64,000 bases of DNA from a virus: positions 1 to 64,000 of IMG/VR virus record IMGVR_UViG_3300018481_000019; one strand, 5' to 3'. The notes under the pieces were generated by a model. The model made no database searches. It was given only the letters and a program-made list of their open reading frames with translations, and was not told the origin of the DNA. A program made the position numbers and the translations under genes. Below, in pieces: positions 1 to 9,636 of this stretch. The number at the start of each line of letters is the position of its first letter. Position 1 is the first letter of the stretch.

Positions 1-11
1 GACCGGCAGTA

Positions 12-728
12 TTGGTTGCCGAACAATCCGTGAGCATCGCTGACACGGTCACTGAGGCTCCGCCCACTTTCAAAGAGTGGCTCGCCGCCTTTGACGATGG
101 GTCGGGCGAAGTCCATGAGTTCTGGGAACTGGCTCGGTTGCTCGACCCGGCTCCGAGTGAGTACGCATTCAAGGACTACGTCAAGCTGGTCCCTGACAAA
201 AAGCTAGACCTCTTCCTCCGAGCAGAGGCGGCGTGGAAGACCGAAATGGCGGCACATTCCGCTACTCGGAAATCGCTCGGGCTAGAGACGGTTACACCGG
301 AGCAGCACCTAGCCCGAACGGTTTTCAATTGCCTCTACCGGGACCGTACCGGAGCAATGTGCGGACGGGAAGTGGTGCCGGGAGTTGACCGCTGTGTCAA
401 GCATGGTGGGGCGCTGGTCGAACCGGAGGTCCGGCGTAACATCTTGCTCAGTGCCTACGCAAACATCGTGGAGGGGTCGCAGAAGGCGGTTGATGCGCTT
501 CTGGACGTGGTTGAGAATGGTCGGTCGGAAATGGCGCGGGTCCAGGCTGCGAAGGAACTTCTGGATCGCGCTGGCCTCACCGCCGACACCACCATCAATG
601 TGAAAATCTCGGCGGAGATTGACGCAGGGTCTATCTTGCGGGAGCGGTTGGAATCAATGGCGACCAAGATTGAGATAGTCGAAGCCCATGAAGCGTCAGA
701 CCAAAAAGCCCTCTCAGTCGGTAGCTGA
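12..728 (+). CDS. Putative terminase small subunit (start uncertain, at window edge)
   Basis: Directly upstream of and overlapping the large terminase; Cys/His motif C..RTGAMC...RCVKHGG and C-terminal ARVQAAKELLDRAG helix typical of phage small terminases. Confidence 0.6.
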   Translation: MVAEQSVSIADTVTEAPPTFKEWLAAFDDGSGEVHEFWELARLLDPAPSEYAFKDYVKLVPDKKLDLFLRAEAAWKTEMAAHSATRKSLGLETVTPEQHLARTVFNCLYRDRTGAMCGREVVPGVDRCVKHGGALVEPEVRRNILLSAYANIVEGSQKAVDALLDVVENGRSEMARVQAAKELLDRAGLTADTTINVKISAEIDAGSILRERLESMATKIEIVEAHEASDQKALSVGS

Positions 729-2136
729 ACGTTTCTCGACTCTCACCGAGAAGCAGAAGGACAAGCTCACTGAGGGGATCGACCCCAATGACCTTCTCTG
801 GTCGCCTGAGTTCTGGCTACGGCCCCGGCAACTAGAAGCCCTTCACTCCGATGCCTGGATCACGCTGATCCTCTCAGGGCGCGGCTACGGCAAGACACGG
901 ACGCTCTCGGAGTGGGTGCGGGATAAGGCACAGGAGCATCCCGGTTGTCGGATTGCCCTGGTCGGTCGAACCGTGGGCGACGTGCGGGACACGATGGTTC
1001 AGGGCGAGTCGGGAATCCTGGCGGTCCATCCTCCCGAGACTCGACCCGAATACATGCCGTCGGTTCGCAAGTTGGTCTGGCCCAATGGGTCGCTGGCTTC
1101 TACTTTCTCAGCGGAGTCGCCGTCCCAATTACGCGGGCCGTCGCATCACTTCGCCGCCGCTGACGAGTTGGCGGCGTGGAAATTGATACCGGATGATTCG
1201 GGTGCGTCGGCCTGGGATAACCTTCTGATTGGCACCCGTCTCGGTGACAATCCACAAGTTATGGTTGCGACAACCCCGAAACGGGTGCCGCTCATTCGCT
1301 CCCTGGTCAATCAGTCCAAAGATCGGTCGTTCAATGTCAAGATTTTCACCGGGGCGACAATGGACAATGCGACCAACCTCCCGCCCGAATACATCGAACA
1401 TCTCATTCACCAGTACGGCGGGACCGCTCTTGAAAAGCAGGAGCTTTTGGGAATCCTGCTCGACTATGTCGAAGGTGCTCTGTGGCGAGACAAGGACATC
1501 AAGGTTCAGAAGTTGCCGAAGGAGTTCCGCAAGTTTTTGAAAGTGATCGCGGTGGACCCCGGCGTGACCTCCGGCGGAGATGCCACCGGGATCGTGGTCT
1601 GCTACGCATCGACTGATCGTGGTCTTGGAAACCGCAAGGCGTGGGTAGTCGATGATCTGACCGAGCCGGGGCTAGAGCCGGAAGAGTGGGCCAACGTGAT
1701 TGTCGAAGCTCACCGAATCCACACCGGGGCGCTGGTTGTGGTGGAGGGGAATCAGGGTGGCGATCTGGTGAGGACGATCCTGCATCAGATTGACCCATCG
1801 GTTCCGGTTGCCACGGTCCACGCTTCCAAGTCGAAAGCAGCCCGAGCCGAGCCGGTGGTCATGGCCTATCGAATGGACCGGGTTCGGCACACACAGGATT
1901 TCCCGCTGCTCCAAGACGAAATGACATCATGGGAAGAGAAGGGCCGCTGGTCGCCAAACCGGATGGACGCAATGGTTCACGGCTTGCGGGCGCTACTCAT
2001 TGACGACACCGACCTTCTCGGGTTCGGGTCGATTCGATCTTCGACCGAGCGCTACAAGGAAGCGTCGATTACCTTGCCGTCGTTCCGCACTGGTCGTGAG
2101 AAGGTGGGGCTTGGCTCATGGCGGAGGCTGACGTGA
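688..2136 (+). CDS. terL: Terminase large subunit
   Basis: Walker A GRGYGKT, LRGP...Walker B AADELAAW, ATTP coupling motif, nuclease VAVDPG...DATGIVV and C-terminal SPNRMDA. Confidence 0.95.
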   Translation: MKRQTKKPSQSVAERFSTLTEKQKDKLTEGIDPNDLLWSPEFWLRPRQLEALHSDAWITLILSGRGYGKTRTLSEWVRDKAQEHPGCRIALVGRTVGDVRDTMVQGESGILAVHPPETRPEYMPSVRKLVWPNGSLASTFSAESPSQLRGPSHHFAAADELAAWKLIPDDSGASAWDNLLIGTRLGDNPQVMVATTPKRVPLIRSLVNQSKDRSFNVKIFTGATMDNATNLPPEYIEHLIHQYGGTALEKQELLGILLDYVEGALWRDKDIKVQKLPKEFRKFLKVIAVDPGVTSGGDATGIVVCYASTDRGLGNRKAWVVDDLTEPGLEPEEWANVIVEAHRIHTGALVVVEGNQGGDLVRTILHQIDPSVPVATVHASKSKAARAEPVVMAYRMDRVRHTQDFPLLQDEMTSWEEKGRWSPNRMDAMVHGLRALLIDDTDLLGFGSIRSSTERYKEASITLPSFRTGREKVGLGSWRRLT

Positions 2137-2258
2137 AGTGGATTGACGAGTTGACCTTGGGTCAATATCTCGCCGTCACCGTGGCTCTGGCCTGGTGCGT
2201 TTTTGTCGTCGTCTTTGTTGTGCTCTCAATCGGGCTTCTGATTCGATTGCTGACGTGA
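2133..2258 (+). CDS. Small single-TM membrane protein (41 aa, not in ORF track)
   Basis: GTGA overlap with terL stop; MKWIDELTLGQYLAVTVALAWCVFVVVFVVLSIGLLIRLLT. Confidence 0.55.
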   Translation: MKWIDELTLGQYLAVTVALAWCVFVVVFVVLSIGLLIRLLT

Positions 2259-2417
2259 GCGAAGACTGCCCGTTTTTGAAACGTGGCGCTTGGGGGCATA
2301 CCCGGTATCAATGGGTCCAGGCGGCGAACAATCAGTGTGACCATTCCGATCATCGCTACCTAGACGCTCGCCACGTCCCGGTAGAAGCGGAATTGGCAAG
2401 ACTCGACATTAGAGAGT

Positions 2418-2445
2418 TTGACGTAGAATTATTGGCTGCTATAAT
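2418..2445 (+). promoter_or_regulatory. Sigma70/SigA-type promoter TTGACG-N16-TATAAT
   Basis: Exact TATAAT, near-consensus -35, same 16-nt spacer and downstream ACAGACAAGA as the seven minus-strand promoters. Confidence 0.75.
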
Positions 2446-2456
2446 CACAGCCAGAT

Positions 2457-3440
2457 ATGACAACAGACAAGATTCGGACGTGGGACAGAATTCGGTTGGG
2501 CGAGTGGAGCAAGCTCGGTAGACTGACCGAATGGGTTCGTGATCCCGTAGTTGTCTTGGGTGACGAAGTTGCTCAGATGATTCTCGACGGGATGAAGCCC
2601 GAGTTCCCCGTCTGCGCCCCACCGTGGGACGACTTCGTCATTGAGATGCAGCCTTCACCTTGGCCCATCACTGTTTCCAATGGTCCGACCAAGGACGACC
2701 TACGCACCGAATTCGCAACCGGCGTTCTGCTCTCGTTCACCAACATGACCAACCGCTACAAGACGATGCCTCTCTCAGCCGCAGTGCTGGAAGAGGAAGG
2801 CATGAGGTTGATGCGGGCGGTAGATGAATCGGGAGGGTGGGTTCTCGGCTTGGAGATGTTCGCTGATCTTCCCGGTGGAGTGCTCCCGATCTATTGGACG
2901 GCGATGGTGATTGATGCTGGTGGAACGATGGTTCCGGTTGGCTCGGCTTGGTCGTTCATTTCAGATCGCACGGTGACTTCGCCGGGAGTAGATGCGGGAC
3001 GAGAAATTCACGTAGAGGGGGGCAGCGTTCACGTAGATCAGATCGGTGACGTTGTTGACCTTGAAGACCCTGAATGGACGACTATCCAAGCCTTGATGGA
3101 AGCCGGGATGATGGTGGTGTCGATGATTAACTGTTCCAACATCGGATTGGACGACGAGACACCGAGTTACCCACGACCGGAGCGCCGTCGGCTAGAGCGC
3201 AAGGACAAGCCACTGGTCGTTTTCAAAAGACTGCATATCAAGCCTCACAAATCCCATGCCCCTTCTGGCGAGCACGGCGAAGGCGGAGTGGCGGTCCACA
3301 TCGTTCGGGGGCATTTCAAAACCTATACCGCCGAGAAGCCCTTGCTCGGAAAGCACATCGGGACGTACTGGTGGCAGCCAATGTTGAGAGGCACCGAACA
3401 GCGATTCGTTTTGAAAGACTACGAAGTGGATACTGACTAG
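2457..3440 (+). CDS. Hypothetical phage protein with C-terminal H-x-V-R-G-H motif
   Basis: 327-aa ORF; HIVRGHFKTY...YWWQP motif seen in uncharacterised phage proteins; has its own promoter and terminator. Confidence 0.75.
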   Translation: MTTDKIRTWDRIRLGEWSKLGRLTEWVRDPVVVLGDEVAQMILDGMKPEFPVCAPPWDDFVIEMQPSPWPITVSNGPTKDDLRTEFATGVLLSFTNMTNRYKTMPLSAAVLEEEGMRLMRAVDESGGWVLGLEMFADLPGGVLPIYWTAMVIDAGGTMVPVGSAWSFISDRTVTSPGVDAGREIHVEGGSVHVDQIGDVVDLEDPEWTTIQALMEAGMMVVSMINCSNIGLDDETPSYPRPERRRLERKDKPLVVFKRLHIKPHKSHAPSGEHGEGGVAVHIVRGHFKTYTAEKPLLGKHIGTYWWQPMLRGTEQRFVLKDYEVDTD

Positions 3441-3480
3441 CCTCCGATGGGGTGCGAATCCTCACAGGAATGGACCGGCG

Positions 3481-3510
3481 CAAAGCCCTCCGGCGGCGGG
3501 GGGCTTTGTC
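3481..3510 (+). terminator. Intrinsic terminator hairpin
   Basis: CAAAGCCCTCC-loop-GGGGGGCTTTG inverted repeat about 40 nt after the stop of 2457..3440. Confidence 0.7.
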
Positions 3511-3581
3511 GCGTGATATGGTGCTTTCCCTAGACGAGAACTCGACCGCTCGACTGACCGAGAGAGCAGGAGCAAGACGGC

Positions 3582-3935
3582 ATGGCTAGGAAGACGTTCA
3601 AGGGTTACGTCCCGACCGAAGTTCAAACTATCGAACTGGAATCCGCTGATGGGACCAAGTCGATTGAGGTCAAGGGACGACCGGCGGTGGCAGGCTCGGT
3701 GATCTTGGATTTCCTTGCCAAGATCGACACCGACGAACCGGGAACGCTGGCACAAGCCGTCAATGAAATGCTTCATCTCTCCATAGCGGAAGAGTCGTGG
3801 GGTGAGTTCAAGTCTTTCATTGACGACGAGTCGAACGGAATCACGCTCGACATTCTCTCTGAGATTGCCGGGTTCTTCGCGGAGTCCTTCTCGGGAAAAG
3901 CGGGTCTGCCGTCCGAGCCGTCTATGGCTTCCTAG
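3582..3935 (+). CDS. Tail assembly chaperone (gpG-like)
   Basis: Small acidic ORF with RBS, upstream of tape measure; slippery GGGAAAA near its 3' end. Confidence 0.85.
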   Translation: MARKTFKGYVPTEVQTIELESADGTKSIEVKGRPAVAGSVILDFLAKIDTDEPGTLAQAVNEMLHLSIAEESWGEFKSFIDDESNGITLDILSEIAGFFAESFSGKAGLPSEPSMAS

Positions 3936-4198
3936 CAACCAACTGGTCGGCGGCGAGCGGACGGTTCTTCGCTCAGACCGGACGGAGTTTGCGGGACGAG
4001 CGTGCCGATCTTCTCTACGACTACGGCTATTTCTTGCTGACCGAAATGAGCCTTCGCACGGAGGAAGAGGCCAAGGCAATCGCTCGTCTGGAAGACACGA
4101 TGGGCGGGCTGGACTTTGAGGACGCGACCGGGTTCCCCGCTATCGCTCGTCAGTTCGCTCCCGCTGACGGATCAGACATTCCTTTCTACGACGGATAG
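3582..4198 (+). CDS. Tail assembly chaperone, -1 frameshifted long form (gpGT-like)
   Basis: G GGA AAA at 3893-3899; the -1 frame is open from there (SGSAVRAVYGFL...) through the 3989..4198 ORF to TAG 4198. Confidence 0.85.
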
Positions 4199-4204
4199 CC
4201 GCTA

Positions 4205-7200
4205 ATGGCGGAGGTCGTCGGCACCGCCTATGTTCGCATTCGGGCGCTCACCACTGGATTGTCCAAGGACATCAAGGATGGACTTGACTCGGGTATGTCC
4301 GGTATCGACCGAGATGTCGATTCTCAGGTCAATGAAAAGATCACTCAGCGTGTCAAAAAGGGAATGGGCGAAGCTGGTGATGAAGGGGGGAAGAGCTTTA
4401 CCACTCGTCTTCGTGAGGGCATGAAGAAAGGAATGAGTGATACCGACAAGGACACCTCCAAGCGTTTCAAAAAGCTGATAAATAATCTGAAGAAATTCAA
4501 GCTCCCCGGAAGATTCTGGCTCGTAGCTCTTGCCATTCCCGCTCTCGGTGGGGCGTTGAAGCTGGCTGCGTCCTACATCACCACACTGGTCGGGCAGCTT
4601 GGCTACATCGCTACTGCCGCCGTCGGTTTGGGTGGAGCACTGGCGGGAAGCGTTGCTGCAATCGGAGCCGGGATTCTCCCCATCGTTCTCGCATTCAAGG
4701 CCGAGACACCAGCGATGGACGAGTTCACCGAATCAATCCGAGAGCAGGCCGATGCCTGGTTGGAAGTCGGGGTGGCGGCACAAGTTGGGTTGCTCCCGGC
4801 GCTGGATCAAGCGTTTTCAAATCTCGGGGCGCTGATACCGGAAATGACCGAGCTTGCCGGGACAATGGGTCGGATCATCGGTGGCGCGGCTGAAGCCGCC
4901 AGCGAGCTTCTCACTTCTGAATCCGCTCTGGAATCGTGGAGCACTGTGTTCGGGGCATCGGTGGGGGTCTTCCGCTCTCTCATGGACGGCTTGGTCCCAC
5001 TGATCGGGGTGCTTCCGGGGTTCTTTGCCGCTACCGCTCCGCTAGCGATGCAGCTTGCCGAAAGTCTCGGTACGGCGATGGAGAACTTCGCCACCTTTAT
5101 CCAGACCGGGACCGAGAGTGGGGCGCTTGGCGATCAGCTTCAGATTTGGTACGACCGTGCCGAGTCGATAGGCCGGTCGATCTGGAACATCATCGAAGCT
5201 CTGTGGGAGGTCTTCCGAGTTGGGGCTGACGTGGTCGCTCCCCAATTCGCAACCTTGGAAGAGACTACTCAGGGATGGGTCGATTTCCTTCGCTCGGCTG
5301 AAGGGCAAAGCACCCTAGATCGAATTTTTGAAAACGCACTTCCGGTCGCCCAAGAATTCAACGGCTTGATGGGCGACATCATCGACATGATTATCACCCC
5401 TCTTCTCGGGGGCGACACAGAGGGCGTGGTTTCATTCCTTCAGTCTCTTCGCACCGACTGGCTTCCCCTTCTCCAAGACCTAGCAGAAGCACTCGCTGAA
5501 AATCTCGGTCCTAATCTGGAAGAACTTGTTGGCGGGTTCATCGAACTGATTACCGCAATGGCAGAGAGTGGAGCATTAGGAACCTTCACCATGCTTCTCG
5601 GTGATCTGATCGGTGTGCTGGTGGAGCTTTTCCAGCTTCCAGGGTTAGGGGATTTCCTTGGTGTGTTGCTCACCATCCTTCCCATTCTTGGTCTGCTCGC
5701 TGGACCGCTTGGCATCATCATTGGTTTGGCTGAAACGTTGGCCCCTGTGCTCTTTGCTTTGTCTCCCGCAATTCTGTCTGTCGAAGCTGCGCTACTTCCC
5801 ATGATCGGGATAATTCTCGCCGTAATTGCCTTGATCGCTGCAATTATCGTGATCTGGAAAAATTGGGACAAGATCGTCGCCGGGGCGAAGAAGATTTGGG
5901 AGAACTTCACCAAATGGCTCGGGGAGGCATGGGAGACGATCAAGGACTTCTTCGGGGGGATTGGTGATTGGATCGCTGAAGCCTGGACTGCCTTCATTGA
6001 TTTCTTTCAAAATCTCCCTGGTGTGGTCGGTAATGCGCTCGCCACGTTCTTCACTTCGATAGGCAACTTCTTCGCACAGCTTCCAGGCAGAATCGGAACC
6101 TTCCTCTTGGGAGTTGCCACCGCGATCTTGGACTGGATCGGCACCTTGCCGGGGATACTGCTCGGAGCGGCAAGCGCTTTGTGGCAATGGATTCTGGACG
6201 CGGTCCCAATGGTGATTTCCGCCATGACCGATTTTGTCGCCAATGTAATTGGGTTCCTAATCATGTTGCCCATCAACATCGTGACGTGGTTGGTCAAAGC
6301 TCAGATCGCGCTTGGGCAGTGGATTCTCGACGCAATTCCAAAGGTGGTGAAGTGGCTCGGTGATCTGTGGGTCAAGATTTACACATGGATTCTGACCACG
6401 ATCCGCAACCTCATTGTGTGGGGGGTCAAGCTCTTGACTTCCTTTATTCAATGGATCGTGGACGCTCCCGGCAAGTTCATCACTTGGCTTGCGAATGTGT
6501 GGAACGCGATCCTCTCATGGATCGGGACCACGATTTCAAACATCATCAACAAGGGCAAGGAAATTCTCACCGCCTTCATCTCATGGATTGTTGATGCGGC
6601 GAAACAGGCTCCAAGCAAGCTGGCTGAGTTCGCTAATTCAGTTTGGAACTGGATCACCGAGTTCGTCGGTGGACTGCCTGAGCGATTCATCAATGCCATA
6701 ACCAGTTTTCTCAGTTTTGGAAAAGAGCTTTTCAATTCGATCAAAGAGGGAATCACCGGAGCACTTGGTTCCTTTGGAGATTGGGCTTCTCAATTCTTGG
6801 GCAAGATTCGTGACGCGCTGATCGAACATGCGCCGAACTGGTTGAAAGGCCCGATGCGATCCCTCTTTGGGGGTGGGACTCCGGCTCAACCATCAGGAAC
6901 CGCGTCAACGGTATCGACGGCTGCGGCTACGGCTGCGTCCACCATGAGCGCCGGAGTTCGATCTGGGGGTGCCAATCTCTCGGGTGCGGTATCCCCGGTG
7001 ATGTCAGGAGGCGGCGGCGGGGGTATCAGTGGGTTCGCAGCGCCTATGGCCTTTGGCGTACAGAGCTTGGCGCTGGCAGCGGTTCCAACAACAGTGGCGA
7101 TGGGAGTGACCGATCAATTCACCGGACGTGAGTTGAGCGGCATGGCTCCGATCAATCTTGTGGTCACGATTGGTGAGACGGACATCACTGAATTGGTGGA

Positions 7201-7261
7201 CGCACGAATTTCAAGCAATGACAGAGCGACCGCCCAAGCTCTGTGGGTCAAGAGGCGATAA
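4205..7261 (+). CDS. Tape measure protein
   Basis: 1018 aa; N-terminal VGTAYVRIRA, Ala/Gly/Leu-rich, periodic Trp/Phe repeats, follows the chaperone. Confidence 0.93.
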   Translation: MAEVVGTAYVRIRALTTGLSKDIKDGLDSGMSGIDRDVDSQVNEKITQRVKKGMGEAGDEGGKSFTTRLREGMKKGMSDTDKDTSKRFKKLINNLKKFKLPGRFWLVALAIPALGGALKLAASYITTLVGQLGYIATAAVGLGGALAGSVAAIGAGILPIVLAFKAETPAMDEFTESIREQADAWLEVGVAAQVGLLPALDQAFSNLGALIPEMTELAGTMGRIIGGAAEAASELLTSESALESWSTVFGASVGVFRSLMDGLVPLIGVLPGFFAATAPLAMQLAESLGTAMENFATFIQTGTESGALGDQLQIWYDRAESIGRSIWNIIEALWEVFRVGADVVAPQFATLEETTQGWVDFLRSAEGQSTLDRIFENALPVAQEFNGLMGDIIDMIITPLLGGDTEGVVSFLQSLRTDWLPLLQDLAEALAENLGPNLEELVGGFIELITAMAESGALGTFTMLLGDLIGVLVELFQLPGLGDFLGVLLTILPILGLLAGPLGIIIGLAETLAPVLFALSPAILSVEAALLPMIGIILAVIALIAAIIVIWKNWDKIVAGAKKIWENFTKWLGEAWETIKDFFGGIGDWIAEAWTAFIDFFQNLPGVVGNALATFFTSIGNFFAQLPGRIGTFLLGVATAILDWIGTLPGILLGAASALWQWILDAVPMVISAMTDFVANVIGFLIMLPINIVTWLVKAQIALGQWILDAIPKVVKWLGDLWVKIYTWILTTIRNLIVWGVKLLTSFIQWIVDAPGKFITWLANVWNAILSWIGTTISNIINKGKEILTAFISWIVDAAKQAPSKLAEFANSVWNWITEFVGGLPERFINAITSFLSFGKELFNSIKEGITGALGSFGDWASQFLGKIRDALIEHAPNWLKGPMRSLFGGGTPAQPSGTASTVSTAAATAASTMSAGVRSGGANLSGAVSPVMSGGGGGGISGFAAPMAFGVQSLALAAVPTTVAMGVTDQFTGRELSGMAPINLVVTIGETDITELVDARISSNDRATAQALWVKRR

Positions 7262-9636
7262 TGGTTGACACACAGATCATTCGTCCCGATTCCACGGTTC
7301 AGAACACTCCGCCGTGGACAATCACTGGTGGGACTGCTCATGCTGTGCTTGCCGATGAATCGGATGCCACCTTCATCGGAGCTTCCGCTACTGCTAGTGC
7401 CGTTCTCCGTGGCCCGAATCATGTGGTCCCGGTTGACCATGAGCGGCACCGAAGCCGAGTTGGGTTTCGGATTGCTGCCACTTCTGGCACACCGAAATTT
7501 CGGGGTATGGGCGGGGCGGGTGGTCCGCTCTCTTCCTTAGATGTGACTGCGCCAGCGACGGTTAGGGACTACGACACAGAGGTTCCTTGGCAGTTTTCAA
7601 ATCAGCCAACGGCAGATGCCGTCTCTGAGTTTGATCCGGTTCGATTGTCCAGCACCGGCAATGTCCGCTGCTACAAGATGTGGGTCGAAGTTGATTCTCG
7701 ACACAAGCCCACTTTTGAAATTCAGGGATTCCAGGGTGGTGCTGCGATTCCAGACGGCGGGGTCTTCGATGCGACCAATCGTCCGAGATTCCAATTCAAC
7801 AACTGCCAGTACGACGGGCTGACGGCTCGGGCATACACCGTGAAGGTGAGAACGCCTGGTGGCAGTCTGATTTGGCAAATCACCGGAGCGGGAATGCCAA
7901 CGTCGGTGACGGCTCCGGCTCCCATGAGTTATCTCCCGCCGGGAATATACGTCGCTGAATTCACAATCTCTTCCACGATCAGAGGAACGGCGGAGTACGT
8001 CTCGGACGTTGTCACTTACAACTTCTCTGTCACTTACGAGTCGATTGATTCTCAGATCGTTTTGGTCGAACCCAATTGCGAATTGGGCGGCTACATAATC
8101 ACGGTGGAGGTTGGTGATCTTCCTCCACCGCCACCAGCGCCGCCACGTCCCGCTATTACAAGTGCGACCTTGTTCGGAGCGTGGGATGCTGCTTCGCTGG
8201 ACGGAGTATTGGATCATGGAGACTCGGTTGGGATTTGGGCTGACGAAACCGGACTGAAGAAATTCGATGTAGCTGTGTGGGGGCAACCTCCCCCTTCCTA
8301 CGTTCAAGGCGGCCAACCGGGAAGTCTCAATGAACTGAGCGGAATCAAATTTGAAAACGGTCAAGCCATTCGTGGGAACATGGGGGTCGCCAATCACCCG
8401 CGGACGTTCTTCTACGTCATGCACACTCCGCCCCACGACGACAACGTTTTTACGTACCTATACGGGGCAGATGGTTCAGGGTGGGTTCACTTAGCTTCGT
8501 GGAACTCCCCGGCGAATCGGTGGGTTTTTGGAACCAACCAATTCAACTACATCGACTTCTCCGAAGCAGGGTTCCACGATTCCCCGCATCTCTTCACCTT
8601 TGTTCATAAAGCGACCAACCCATATGTTCGCGTCGATCAGTCGCAAAAGTCAACGGCGGCGAGCATGGTGATGGATACTGGTGGCGGTCGTTTCCAATTG
8701 GGTGAGACAACCAATATCGCCGGTCCCAATTTCATTATGTATGAATTGCTGGTCTATGAGGGCGAAGTCTCACCCGCTGACATCGACTTGATCGAAGACT
8801 ATCTCTTTACCAAATGGTTCACCCCGCTCACACCGGCAGAGATACCGGAAATGACCGTGATGCGTCACGATCTGATAACGGGTGGCTTGGAGCCGGTTCG
8901 TGGGTTGACCAATTTGGAGCCAAACACGAATTATCGAATCGTGGATTACGAAGCACCATCCAATCACGAAGTTGCCTATTGGCTCTACGAAGGCGGTCCC
9001 ACTTCTGAGGTTCCAATCGGCGGCGGGACTCTTCCAACTGCCTATCTTCAAGATGCTTGCACCGAACAGATGTATCTTCGCTGGCTTTTGAATCCGTCTG
9101 TGATCGCGAGCAACTTCTGTCTGGGGCCAATCGGTGAGTTGTCCTATGCGCCGCGCTCCGGTGTATTCCCTGTGATCGGGCGAGCCGATCCGGTGGTGGT
9201 CAATGACCGGCAGGAGACGGCTCGGGGAACGCTGCGCTTCATCGGGCAGACCACGGCTGAAGTCAATCAGCTTCGCAAGATGCTGACCAAGGATGCCCAA
9301 CCGACCTTGCTCACAATCCATGAGTCGTACATGCTCGGAAGGGAAGGGCAGCTTTATTTTCAACCGCTCGCGGTGAAGGAAGAGTGGCTCAATCCCGACA
9401 ACCGGATTCCGATGCACGCTCTCACCGTGGACTATGTTGAGATTGCTCCACCGGCAGGGACCGCGCCTTTGGAGCCGCCGCCCACCGGGATTCAGTTTGG
9501 GGCCGGGGGATGGATTGTCTGGGACACAGACCCGCCCACCGGAATTCCGCACGGTGATCCTCTCGACAAATGGCAGAGCTTTCAGCACTTGCTCTCGTCG
9601 GACCACACCTTTGAGTCGGCGCTGTATGACATATGA
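7261..9636 (+). CDS. Minor tail / distal-tail protein with an inserted LamG-like carbohydrate-binding domain
   Basis: TAATG overlap with TMP; Pro-rich linker, then AWDAASL...W.D.TG...ELLVYEG..S...IEDYLFTKW (LamG/ConA-like); C-terminal VIGRADPVVV typical of actinophage tail proteins. Confidence 0.75.
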   Translation: MVDTQIIRPDSTVQNTPPWTITGGTAHAVLADESDATFIGASATASAVLRGPNHVVPVDHERHRSRVGFRIAATSGTPKFRGMGGAGGPLSSLDVTAPATVRDYDTEVPWQFSNQPTADAVSEFDPVRLSSTGNVRCYKMWVEVDSRHKPTFEIQGFQGGAAIPDGGVFDATNRPRFQFNNCQYDGLTARAYTVKVRTPGGSLIWQITGAGMPTSVTAPAPMSYLPPGIYVAEFTISSTIRGTAEYVSDVVTYNFSVTYESIDSQIVLVEPNCELGGYIITVEVGDLPPPPPAPPRPAITSATLFGAWDAASLDGVLDHGDSVGIWADETGLKKFDVAVWGQPPPSYVQGGQPGSLNELSGIKFENGQAIRGNMGVANHPRTFFYVMHTPPHDDNVFTYLYGADGSGWVHLASWNSPANRWVFGTNQFNYIDFSEAGFHDSPHLFTFVHKATNPYVRVDQSQKSTAASMVMDTGGGRFQLGETTNIAGPNFIMYELLVYEGEVSPADIDLIEDYLFTKWFTPLTPAEIPEMTVMRHDLITGGLEPVRGLTNLEPNTNYRIVDYEAPSNHEVAYWLYEGGPTSEVPIGGGTLPTAYLQDACTEQMYLRWLLNPSVIASNFCLGPIGELSYAPRSGVFPVIGRADPVVVNDRQETARGTLRFIGQTTAEVNQLRKMLTKDAQPTLLTIHESYMLGREGQLYFQPLAVKEEWLNPDNRIPMHALTVDYVEIAPPAGTAPLEPPPTGIQFGAGGWIVWDTDPPTGIPHGDPLDKWQSFQHLLSSDHTFESALYDI

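Noticed and set aside
3448-3466. T-arm-like hairpin TGGGG-TGCGAAT-CCTCA
   Set aside because: No acceptor, D or anticodon arms can be built around it; not called as a tRNA
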